Below are positions 22,160 to 32,213 of a stretch of DNA of 39,229 nt, one piece after another; the stretch's first letter is position 1, and each line of letters opens with the position of its first letter. Under the pieces are notes generated by a model that was not told the DNA's origin, ran no database searches, and saw nothing but the letters and a program-made list of their open reading frames with translations. Location of the stretch: positions 1 through 39,229 of the forward strand of contig JBFMGU010000082.1 in NCBI GenBank assembly GCA_040752415.1. The letters run 5' to 3'. A program made the translations under genes and the position numbers. The stretch comes from Myxococcota bacterium. Its GTDB lineage: Bacteria; Myxococcota; JACRCW01.

Positions 22160-23586
22160 TCTGCCCGGTCCACGCTGCGTCGGTGCGCCACCCGGAGAGC
22201 CCCGCGCTCGTCTGGTACGGTGTTGTCACCACCTACGCAGCGCTGGACCGGCAGGTGGGCCGCTGGGTGACGTCGTTCAAGCGGCACGGTGTCCGGCGTT
22301 CACACCGCGTTGCCCTTCTCTCCCACAACCATCCTTCCGTCGTGGCGGCCCACTTCGCGCTGGCGCGGCTGGGAGCGGTGGCCGTCCCGTTGAATGCGCG
22401 ACTCACCGCCGCGGAGCTCGGACCGCTGCTCCAACGCGTGAAACCCGTCGTCACGTTGGCCTCACCGGAGCTGCGCCCTGTGGTGTCCAACGCGCTTGAT
22501 CTCCACACGCCTCCGCCCGACGACGCGGACCCCGGCACCCAACTCCATCCCGACGACATCCAGGCCATCCTGTTCACCTCCGGCACCACCGGCACGCCCA
22601 AGGGAGCCATGCTCCCGCTCAGCGCGTTCATCGCCTCCGCGGAAGCGTCCGGTCAGCGTCTCGGCTCCCAGCCGACGCAACGCTGGCTGGGAACCCTGCC
22701 GCTGTTCCACGTCGGCGGCCTGGCGATGATGTGGCGTTGCGCGGTCTACGGCGCCACGCTGCTGCTGGAGCCCCGCTTCGACGAGGCCCGCGTGCTGACC
22801 GCGCTGCGCGACGACGGCGTGACCCACCTGAGCGTGGTCCCGACGATGTTGCATCGCCTCTTGGACGCCGGCCTGAACCGTGCGACCGCGCCTGCCCTAC
22901 GCGTCGTTCTCGTCGGTGGCGCGCCCATGCCGGAGGGGCTGCGGGACCGTGCGCAACAGGCCGGCCTGCCGGTGGTGCAGACGTACGGGCTGACGGAAGC
23001 GTGTTCCCAGGTGTGCACCCAGCGCGTTGGTGAACACGGTCAACACGCCGGCCCGCCCCTTCCCGGCGTCGAGGTGCGGATCGGGGGTCCCCAGGGTGCG
23101 TCGCTTCCGGCGGGAACGGTGGGGGAGATCCTTGTTCGCGGTCCCACGCTCATGCGCGGCCACCTCGACGACGAAACCACGACCGCCGCGGCCCTGCGCC
23201 ACGGTTGGCTCCACACCGGGGACCTGGGCTTCCTGGGGGAGGACGGGTGTCTGCGCGTCGTGAACCGGCGGACGGACCTGATCATCCGCGGCGGGGAGAA
23301 CGTCTATCCCGTGGAGGTGGAGCAACAGCTGTCACGGCATCCGGACATCCTGGACGCCGCGGTGCTCCCCGCTCCCGACGACACCTGGGGCTCCGTTCCC
23401 CATGCGCTGGTGGTGTCACGCGGCACCCACCTCGACGAGCGGGCCCTCCACGCGTGGTGCCGTCAACGACTGGCCGCCTTCAAGGTTCCCACGCGTTTCG
23501 TCGTGGTGCCGGCCTTGCCGCGGAATGCGCTGGGCAAGCTGGACCGCGCGGAAGCGCACCGACTCCTTCACGCGGGAGGCGCCTGA
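22156..23586 (+). CDS. menE: o-succinylbenzoate--CoA ligase
   Basis: LFTSGTTGTPKG, LPLFHVGG, TYGLTEACSQ, WLHTGDLG, RRTDLIIRGGENVYPVEVE, LPRNALGKL; GTGA overlap with menA. Confidence 0.92.
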   Translation: MICPVHAASVRHPESPALVWYGVVTTYAALDRQVGRWVTSFKRHGVRRSHRVALLSHNHPSVVAAHFALARLGAVAVPLNARLTAAELGPLLQRVKPVVTLASPELRPVVSNALDLHTPPPDDADPGTQLHPDDIQAILFTSGTTGTPKGAMLPLSAFIASAEASGQRLGSQPTQRWLGTLPLFHVGGLAMMWRCAVYGATLLLEPRFDEARVLTALRDDGVTHLSVVPTMLHRLLDAGLNRATAPALRVVLVGGAPMPEGLRDRAQQAGLPVVQTYGLTEACSQVCTQRVGEHGQHAGPPLPGVEVRIGGPQGASLPAGTVGEILVRGPTLMRGHLDDETTTAAALRHGWLHTGDLGFLGEDGCLRVVNRRTDLIIRGGENVYPVEVEQQLSRHPDILDAAVLPAPDDTWGSVPHALVVSRGTHLDERALHAWCRQRLAAFKVPTRFVVVPALPRNALGKLDRAEAHRLLHAGGA

Positions 23587-23984
23587 TGTGCCGCCAGGAC
23601 CGCCCGCAGCTCGTCGGGAATGGACGCGGGACGACCGTTTCCGCGATCCACCACCACGTGCACCGTCCGTGCGGTGGCCAGGCATGCCCCCTCGGGTCCC
23701 AGCACCCGGTAGGCCAGCGTGAAGCGACGATCGCCCAGCTCGGCCACCACCACCTCCACCTTCACCTCGGCGCCATAGCGGCACGGTTGGCGGTAGTCCG
23801 CCTCGGCGTGGACCAGGGGCAGCGCCCACCGACCTTCCGCCAGGATCCGCGCCAACGGCAGGTCCGCCGCCTGCAGCAGCTCCTCGTAGGCCACGTGGCA
23901 CCACGTCAGGACGCCAGCAAAGAACGCAATCCCGGCGGGATCCGCCTCGTGGAACCGCACCCGGGTCTGATGGATGAACGCCAT
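23568..23984 (-). CDS. Hot-dog fold acyl-CoA thioesterase (probable DHNA-CoA hydrolase)
   Basis: VRFHEADPAGIAFF, CHVAYEELL, LPLVHAEADY, ARTVHVVVD (4HBT-type); the specific function is inferred from men context. Confidence 0.8.
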   Translation of the reverse strand: MAFIHQTRVRFHEADPAGIAFFAGVLTWCHVAYEELLQAADLPLARILAEGRWALPLVHAEADYRQPCRYGAEVKVEVVVAELGDRRFTLAYRVLGPEGACLATARTVHVVVDRGNGRPASIPDELRAVLAAHQAPPA

Positions 23985-23995
23985 GGTCACCGCCC

Positions 23996-24024
23996 TTGAA
24001 ACGAGCCCTCGGCTCATCTAGAAC
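23996..24024 (+). promoter_or_regulatory. Putative sigma70 promoter for polyprenyl synthase
   Basis: TTGAAA (23996-24001), 17-bp spacer, TAGAAC (24019-24024). Confidence 0.55.
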
Positions 24025-24029
24025 ATCAC

Positions 24030-25073
24030 ATGTTTCACAACTTTGTGAAAGTTGAGCAAACCGTGCAGATCCAGCTCGCCGACCACGCCCAGGAGTTCGC
24101 CCGAGCCCACCAGGCCGCGCTGCTGCTGCTGTCCGAGGAGATGGCGGGTGTGCGCCGCGGAATCGAGGACGTGGCGCAGCAGCTTCCCGGCCCCGGCGGC
24201 GCCGCGGCGCGTCTGATGACAGACCGGCCCGGCAAGATGGTGCGTCCCCTGCTCACCGGCCTGGTGCACCGTGCGCTGGGCGGTTCCGGCGGGGAGGAAT
24301 GCACGCAGGCGGCGGCGCTCGTGGAGATCATCCACCTGTCCACCCTGCTCCATGACGACGTGGTGGACGAGGCGCCCTTGCGGCGTGGCGCGCCCAGTGC
24401 GGCGGCGGCCATTGGCAATGCCGCGGCGGTGCTGGGTGGAGACGCGCTGGTGGTTCACGCCATGACAGTGGCGCACCGGCTTGGGCCCCAGGCGGTGGAG
24501 CGCGCCCTGCACGCGTTGCAGCAACTGGTCCTGGGTGAGCTCATCCAGCTGCGCAACCGGGGCAACGTCGAGGTGGCGGCGGCGGAGGCCCTGCACGTGT
24601 GCGCGCTGAAGACGGGCGCCCTCATGCGGCTGTGCGCGGAGCTGGGGGCCATCACCGCTGGTGGTCCCGCGGCGCAGGTGAGGGAGCTGGGTGAAGCCTT
24701 TGAGCGGCTGGGCGTGGCGTTCCAGATCACCGACGACATGCTGGACCTCTCCGGTGATGCGCGGAGCCTGGGAAAGTCCGTGGGCGCCGACGTGAAGCAG
24801 GGCACCATCAGCCACCCGCTGGCCCTGGCGCTGGAGCGCAGCCCGCTGCACCGGAGCGCGTTGCGTTGTGCGTTCCGCCAGGGCGCGTCGGAGGAGCGGC
24901 TTGGTCGCATTGTGGCGCACGTGGTGGCGCGCACCGGGGCGCTCGCCGAGGCGCAGCTGGGAGCCACGCGCGAGACCACGGCCACCACCCGCGTCATCGA
25001 GGGGCTGCCGCCTTCCCGCGCGCGCACGGTGCTCCTCGCCGTGTGTCAGGGTCTGACGCGTCGGACGCACTGA
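24030..25073 (+). CDS. Long-chain trans-polyprenyl diphosphate synthase
   Basis: GKMVRP, FARM LLHDDVVD..LRRG, KTGAL, SARM FQITDDMLD, GKSVGAD; small residues (S,T) at -5/-4 of FARM suggest a long product; start uncertain (ATG 24030 or GTG 24063). Confidence 0.9.
   Translation: MFHNFVKVEQTVQIQLADHAQEFARAHQAALLLLSEEMAGVRRGIEDVAQQLPGPGGAAARLMTDRPGKMVRPLLTGLVHRALGGSGGEECTQAAALVEIIHLSTLLHDDVVDEAPLRRGAPSAAAAIGNAAAVLGGDALVVHAMTVAHRLGPQAVERALHALQQLVLGELIQLRNRGNVEVAAAEALHVCALKTGALMRLCAELGAITAGGPAAQVRELGEAFERLGVAFQITDDMLDLSGDARSLGKSVGADVKQGTISHPLALALERSPLHRSALRCAFRQGASEERLGRIVAHVVARTGALAEAQLGATRETTATTRVIEGLPPSRARTVLLAVCQGLTRRTH
24031..24050. promoter_or_regulatory. Palindromic operator, copy 2 (TGTTTCACAACTTTGTGAAA)
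   Basis: TTTCACAA-CT-TTGTGAAA perfect inverted repeat; identical to 16626-16644; immediately downstream of the predicted -10. Confidence 0.85.
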
Positions 25074-25081
25074 GTTGTCGC

Positions 25082-25146
25082 GACGTGGCTCAGCCCGAAT
25101 CGTTGCTTGCTCAAGCCACGCAACCTACCGCCACCAACGCAGAGCC
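25082..25146. repeat. Truncated copy of the element-1 core module
   Basis: CTCAAGCCACGCAACCTACCGCCACCAACGCAGAGCC (25110-25146) aligns with 14539-14574; preceded by an inverted CGTGGCT remnant. Confidence 0.65.
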
Positions 25147-25330
25147 CCGCCGACGGCCAGGTGGTGCAGCCGGACGACGAGGGCGGGGCTTGGTGCATTT
25201 CCAGGTGCAGGTTCACCTGCCGCAACGACCGAGAGCAGGACCGCGCCCGGGTCCTTCTGACGGCCTCTCGGAATTTCTCCGACGCCCATGAGTTGTCGCC
25301 GCGCATTCGGATCGGGTTAGCTTCGTGCCC

Positions 25331-25870
25331 ATGGCATCCCACAAGGAAGACGAGCTGATCTCCGAGGTGGAGCTCCTGGTGGCCGACCAGGTTGGCGCGC
25401 TGATGGAGTTCTGGGGCTTCAAGCGCGTCCTGGGCCGCATCTGGACCGTGCTCTACCTCTCCGACGAGCCGCTCACCGCCGCGGAGATTGGTAGCCGCCT
25501 CAAGCTGAGCGCCTCCGCCGTCAGTGTGGCGCTGACCGAGCTCAAGCAGTGGGGCGTGGTGCAGGAGGCGTTGCGGATTGGCGCCGCCAAGCGCACCCGC
25601 GCCCAGACGTGGCGCGCGGAGACGGACATCTGGCAGATGGTCACCAACGTCATCCGCCAGCGGGAGCTGCGCCTGGTGCGTCGGTTCGAGGGCGCGCTGC
25701 AGGAAGCGCTGGAGATCCTGGAGGACCTCCCCACCACGCCGCGGATCAAGCACCTGCGCCAGGCGTTGAAGTCGCTCTCCCTCCTCGCCGCCACGGGCCG
25801 GACCATGTTGGACGCGCTGCTCAACACCGGCCGCATCAACGCCGAGCCGCTGCGCCAGTTCCGTTCCTGA
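25331..25870 (+). CDS. GbsR/MarR-family winged-helix transcriptional regulator
   Basis: VGALMEFWGFKRVLGRIWTVLYLSDEPLTAAEI..L..S..AVS..L.EL.QWGVV..AETDIW pattern typical of GbsR-type proteins. Confidence 0.85.
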   Translation: MASHKEDELISEVELLVADQVGALMEFWGFKRVLGRIWTVLYLSDEPLTAAEIGSRLKLSASAVSVALTELKQWGVVQEALRIGAAKRTRAQTWRAETDIWQMVTNVIRQRELRLVRRFEGALQEALEILEDLPTTPRIKHLRQALKSLSLLAATGRTMLDALLNTGRINAEPLRQFRS

Positions 25871-25905
25871 GCGCGCCCACGACGAAACCGCGCGAAACGC
25901 CGCAA

Positions 25906-26015
25906 TCTCAAGCCACGCGCCCTGCGCCACCAACGTCGAGCCTTGCGCCGTGAAGCGGGGCCACCGAGCACAAGCAAGGCTTGGTGCCTTCCAGACGCGG
26001 CTTGAGCCACCGGTG
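25906..26015. repeat. Stand-alone copy of the element-1 core module (~110 nt)
   Basis: TCTCAAGCCACGC..CCAACG..GAGCCTTGCGC [different loop] GCAAGGCTTGGTG..TTCCAGACGCGGCTTGAGCC.CCGGTG matches 14538-14650. Confidence 0.8.
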
Positions 26016-26138
26016 GTTCTCTTATCGATCCCGCAACGGCGCGCGCGTCGTGGAGCCCACGGTGCGCAGCGTCGTCGGCGCCGTGGGATGACGACTGCCG
26101 CGTTGGCCACGCCGCTGTCGCAATGCTAGATCTTGGCC

Positions 26139-26831
26139 ATGGTGACTGGAGCCGGCACGTTCAGCCTTGACGGCGACCGCCTTCGTTTTCCCAGCTCTGC
26201 GTTCACGCTGGAGGGCTTCCGTGCCTGGATGCATTCCCCCGAGGTCCCGGAGAAGCTCAGGGCGACTTTCGTCAACGGAGAGGTGCTCGTCGCGATGAGC
26301 CCGGAATCCATCGAAACGCACAACAAGGTGAAGACCGCCATCAGCGCACGCCTGTGGCAGTTCGTCGAGGATGAGGATCTCGGTGAGGTGTACACCGACG
26401 GAGTCTTGTTCACCCACCCCGACGCGCAAGTCAGCACCGAGCCGGATTTCATCTTCGCGTCGTGGGCCACCCTGCAATCGGGACGGTTGCGAAAGATCGA
26501 GCGGGTGGAGCGCACGGACGAATTCAAGGAGCTGGAGGGAACGCCGGACCTCGTCGTGGAGGTGGTGAGCGACTCCTCCACCCGCAAGGACCTCAAGCTG
26601 CTTCGTGACGCCTACGCGCTCGCCGGCATCCCGGAGTACTGGCTGGTGGACGCGCGTGGCGACGAGCTCAGATTCGAGATCCTGACCCTCACGCCGCGAG
26701 GCTACACGTCCCAGGAGCCTGCCGCGGCGGACACCCAGACCAGCGCGGTCCTCGGTTGCTCCCTCGCGCTGCGTCGCGTCCGCAACCGCGTTGGTGGATG
26801 GCGCTACCTGCTGGATGTCATCCGCTCATGA
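26139..26831 (+). CDS. Uma2-family (PD-(D/E)XK-like) endonuclease-fold protein
   Basis: MSP..H, EPDFIF, PDLVVEVVSDSSTRKD..K...YA.AGIPEYWLVD. Confidence 0.88.
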   Translation: MVTGAGTFSLDGDRLRFPSSAFTLEGFRAWMHSPEVPEKLRATFVNGEVLVAMSPESIETHNKVKTAISARLWQFVEDEDLGEVYTDGVLFTHPDAQVSTEPDFIFASWATLQSGRLRKIERVERTDEFKELEGTPDLVVEVVSDSSTRKDLKLLRDAYALAGIPEYWLVDARGDELRFEILTLTPRGYTSQEPAAADTQTSAVLGCSLALRRVRNRVGGWRYLLDVIRS

Positions 26832-26919
26832 GTTCCCCGCACGCCAGGAAACCTGCGGGCAGACCCCGTTTCGACTACGCTCGGCTCCGCCCCCGTTGGG
26901 CGTTGAGAGCGGTCGGCGC

Positions 26920-27921
26920 GTGAACGAGTCCCGTCGTGAAGACATCCTGCTCGGCCTGTTTGCCGTCAGCGTCGTGGCCGCGCTGGTGACCTTGAGCTTG
27001 CACGTGGGCGGCAATGCCCCGCGCAACGCGGCCACCTACCACTTCCTCATGGACAGCGCGCTCGGCCTGCAACGCGACAACCGCGTCACGGTGGCCGGTG
27101 TGACCGTGGGTGTCGTCGACAGTTTGAGCATTGAGGGCAAGCTGGCGCGCGTCACGGTGGCGCTGGAGCCGGACCTCATCCTCCACCAGAACGCGCGCGC
27201 CGCGGTCCGCGCCAAGACGCTGCTCGGCGAGAAGTACGTGGACCTGGATCCCGGTGAGCCTCCCGCTCCCGTCGCCGCGCCGGGCACCACGCTCGCCGAC
27301 AACATCCCCACCATCGAGATCGACAGCGTCATCCGCGGCGCCGCCGAGCTGGTGGCCAGCCTCAACAGCGTCACGCCCACGCTCAAGACCGCGGCGGCGC
27401 GCCTGGACACCGTGCTCGGCACCGCCGACGCCAAGCAGTTTGCCGCCGACCTCACCACGCTCACGCGGGACACCGCAGAGTTCGTGCGCACCCTGCAACG
27501 CGCGCTCACCGACAGCAGCCAGGACCTGCGCATCCTCCTGCGCGACTGGCGCACGCGCTCCCCGGAGATCCTCACCCGCGTGGAGACCACCGCCGACCGC
27601 GTCGACAAGCTGCTGGCCGCCATCCCGCAGGACAGCCTCACCGCCGCCATCAAGAAGGCCCCCAACACGCTGGACAACTCCACGCTGGCCATCCAGGACC
27701 TGCGGCTCGCCGTCTCGGAGCTGCGTCAGACCACCGCCAAGACCAACAAGGTGCTGGACAACCTGGACCGCGTGCTCACCAAGGCCAACAGCGTCAGCGA
27801 GCAGCAGGTCCGTGAGCTCCTGCAGGTGGAGGGCGTGCGCGTGAACCTCATCACCGACCCGGACATCGAGCGTCGCGTGCGTGCGCTGCAGCCGCCGCCC
27901 AATCCGCCCCCACGCCCATGA
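26920..27921 (+). CDS. MlaD/MCE domain protein with helical C-terminal extension
   Basis: N-terminal TM; ALGL..V.VAGV.VGVV; KTLLGEKYVDLDPG MCE signature; coiled-coil tail; GTG start inferred. Confidence 0.85.
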   Translation: MNESRREDILLGLFAVSVVAALVTLSLHVGGNAPRNAATYHFLMDSALGLQRDNRVTVAGVTVGVVDSLSIEGKLARVTVALEPDLILHQNARAAVRAKTLLGEKYVDLDPGEPPAPVAAPGTTLADNIPTIEIDSVIRGAAELVASLNSVTPTLKTAAARLDTVLGTADAKQFAADLTTLTRDTAEFVRTLQRALTDSSQDLRILLRDWRTRSPEILTRVETTADRVDKLLAAIPQDSLTAAIKKAPNTLDNSTLAIQDLRLAVSELRQTTAKTNKVLDNLDRVLTKANSVSEQQVRELLQVEGVRVNLITDPDIERRVRALQPPPNPPPRP

Positions 27922-28012
27922 AGTCAGCGCACCCACACCGCGCCGACGGAGACGACCTTGGGCGCCGGATGGGCCTGCGGCATACTCCGCATCTCTTGCG
28001 CGGAGAGCCGGC

Positions 28013-30265
<2,253 letters not shown>

Positions 30266-30323
30266 TCGCCACCCGCCAGCGGTTGAGTTGCCACAACGGC
30301 CGGGGGGCTGTGGGACCAACCGC

Positions 30324-31568
30324 ATGTCCGTCCTGACCGCCATCCCTGCTCCCGCGCGCTCCGTCGGTGAGCACCCCGCCGCTCCCCACGCGGTGCACCC
30401 GGAGGACCTCGGCGCTCCCGGCGTGGACCAGGTGCGCGACCTGCTTGCGGACGCCGCCACGCTCCTGCACTGCGCCGGTGACCTGGCGGGCACGCTGTCC
30501 CACGTGGCGCGGCTCCCGCTGGGGCGGCTGGCGGAAGCATGCGCGGTGTTCCTCCGGGATGACGCGGGCGAGTTCCACCTCGCGGAGACCGCCGGCGACG
30601 CCGCGCTGATGGATGCCGTGCTGCCCCGCCTTCCGCTGTCGTCGCAGCCGTGGGCGGAAGACGCCGAGGTGCCGCTGAGCACGGAGCTGGGCGGGACCCA
30701 GGTGGTGTTGGCCCGCCTGCGCTCGCGCGAGAACACGTTGGGTGGTGTGGTGCTGCTGCGTCGCCCCGGATTCCGGCTCTCCGCCGACACCGAGGTCATC
30801 CTCCGTCGCCAGTACGTGACCTGCGCCAGCGCCGCGCTCCAAGGCTGCCTGCGGGTGCTGCGCGCGGAGGAGGAGCTGCGCGCGCGGGATGAGTTCGTGG
30901 CCATAGCGTCGCATGAGCTGTGCACGCCGGTGGCGTCGTTGCGGCTGCAGGTGGACTGCTTGGAGCGGCGCACCCGTCGGTCCGAGGCCGGCGTCCCCGC
31001 CGAGGTGCTGGGCACCGCGGTGGACCGCATGCGTCGTCAGACCGACCGCCTGGCGCTGCTCATCCGCGGCATCCTCGACGTGTCCCGCGTGGGCGCGCGC
31101 ACCCTCGAGCTGGAGCGCACGGAGGTGGACCTGGCGGCCCTGGTCCATGACGTGGTGAAGCGCATGCACCCCGAGCTGGCGTTGCACGGCTGCACGGTGC
31201 ACGTTGCGGCGTCCCCGTCGCTGCGGGGCTGCTGGGACCGGGAGCGCGTGGAGCAGGTGGTGGGCATCCTGCTGGTCAATGCCATGCGCTACGGCGCCTC
31301 CGGTCCCGTCGAGGTGCGCGTGTCCTGCGCGGGTGACACCGCCACCGTGGCCCTCACCGCCGGCGCGCTGGGCATCCCGCGCCAGGAGCTGCGCCACCTG
31401 TTCTGCGGCCTGGACCGTCGGGTGATGGACCGTCAGTTTGCCGCGCTGGGCCTGGGTCTGGTGATGGCGCGCCGGCTCACCCACGCCCACGGCGGCGCCC
31501 TCCGCGCGGAGTGCCGCCCCGGCCAGGGCACCACGTTTGTCGTCGAGCTTCCCCTGGGACGGGGTTGA
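30324..31568 (+). CDS. Sensor histidine kinase-like protein (degenerate GAF-like + HisKA + HATPase)
   Basis: RARDEFVAIASHELCTP H-box, ILDVSR, LLVNAMRY, LGLGL..AHGG..GQGTTFVVELP; the G1 box lacks Asp. Confidence 0.8.
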   Translation: MSVLTAIPAPARSVGEHPAAPHAVHPEDLGAPGVDQVRDLLADAATLLHCAGDLAGTLSHVARLPLGRLAEACAVFLRDDAGEFHLAETAGDAALMDAVLPRLPLSSQPWAEDAEVPLSTELGGTQVVLARLRSRENTLGGVVLLRRPGFRLSADTEVILRRQYVTCASAALQGCLRVLRAEEELRARDEFVAIASHELCTPVASLRLQVDCLERRTRRSEAGVPAEVLGTAVDRMRRQTDRLALLIRGILDVSRVGARTLELERTEVDLAALVHDVVKRMHPELALHGCTVHVAASPSLRGCWDRERVEQVVGILLVNAMRYGASGPVEVRVSCAGDTATVALTAGALGIPRQELRHLFCGLDRRVMDRQFAALGLGLVMARRLTHAHGGALRAECRPGQGTTFVVELPLGRG

Positions 31569-31574
31569 TTCCCG

Positions 31575-32081
31575 TCAACGCGCCACGCCCACGCCGGGCG
31601 CGCTCCGACGGGGAACACGCCGGCATACGCCCGCCGCGGCCAGGAACGCCTCCAGCTCCGCGGCATCCCGCAGCTCACCGGGGAAACACGTGCGTGGTCC
31701 CGGCTCCGTGCACACCAGGCCCGGCACCTCCGTGATGCCAAAGGCGCGCAGACGAGCCCGCGGCACGCACGAGATGTCCGCCACCCCCAGCTCCACCTGC
31801 GCGGGGTCGTAGTGCGCCAGGAGCGCGCGCACCTGCATCACCGCCCGCGCGCTGCTGGGGTGACCGCGCTGGATGTACAGCGTCATCCGCACGCGCACGC
31901 CCCGCCACGCCGCCTCCACCGCGCGGAGCGTGGGGAGCGCGCGCACCGTCGGAGCGGTGGGGCTCGCCGGCAGGGCATCCCGTTCATCCCAGTGCAGCAC
32001 CCATCCTCGTCGGGGCCAGCGGTCCGGAGCGCAGCGACCGCGGTGGGGTGCCGGGAAGGGGGGCCGCTCGGTTGCGCGCAT
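31575..32081 (-). CDS. KaiB-like (thioredoxin-like fold) domain protein
   Basis: C-terminal ~95 aa MTLYIQRGHPSSARAVMQVRALL..VADI..P...GITEVPGLV..PGPRTCFPGELRD follows the KaiB pattern LYV.G..P.S.RA...L.VIDV...P..I.A.PTL...P.P.R..IGDLS; GGAGG RBS before ATG 32081. Confidence 0.65.
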   Translation of the reverse strand: MRATERPPFPAPHRGRCAPDRWPRRGWVLHWDERDALPASPTAPTVRALPTLRAVEAAWRGVRVRMTLYIQRGHPSSARAVMQVRALLAHYDPAQVELGVADISCVPRARLRAFGITEVPGLVCTEPGPRTCFPGELRDAAELEAFLAAAGVCRRVPRRSAPGVGVAR

Positions 32082-32213
32082 GCCGTGAGCCTCCGGGGAT
32101 GCCCACGAATCATAGTGTCCGCCTCGCCGGGCTTCAGATCCGACGCGAAGGAGGCGGTGCGGATGTTCACGTCGGGGAATCAGCTCCCTACGCCCACCTG
32201 TGAGAAGCCCACG

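Noticed and set aside
25268..25282. TCGGA-ATTTC-TCCGA dyad upstream of the regulator as a third operator
   Set aside because: Half-site sequence and spacing differ from TCACA-ACTT-TGTGA; too weak to call
26139..26831. Uma2 gene as a defence system or as the mobiliser of the adjacent repeat
   Set aside because: Uma2 paralogues are common stand-alone genes in such genomes; no partner genes or supporting evidence
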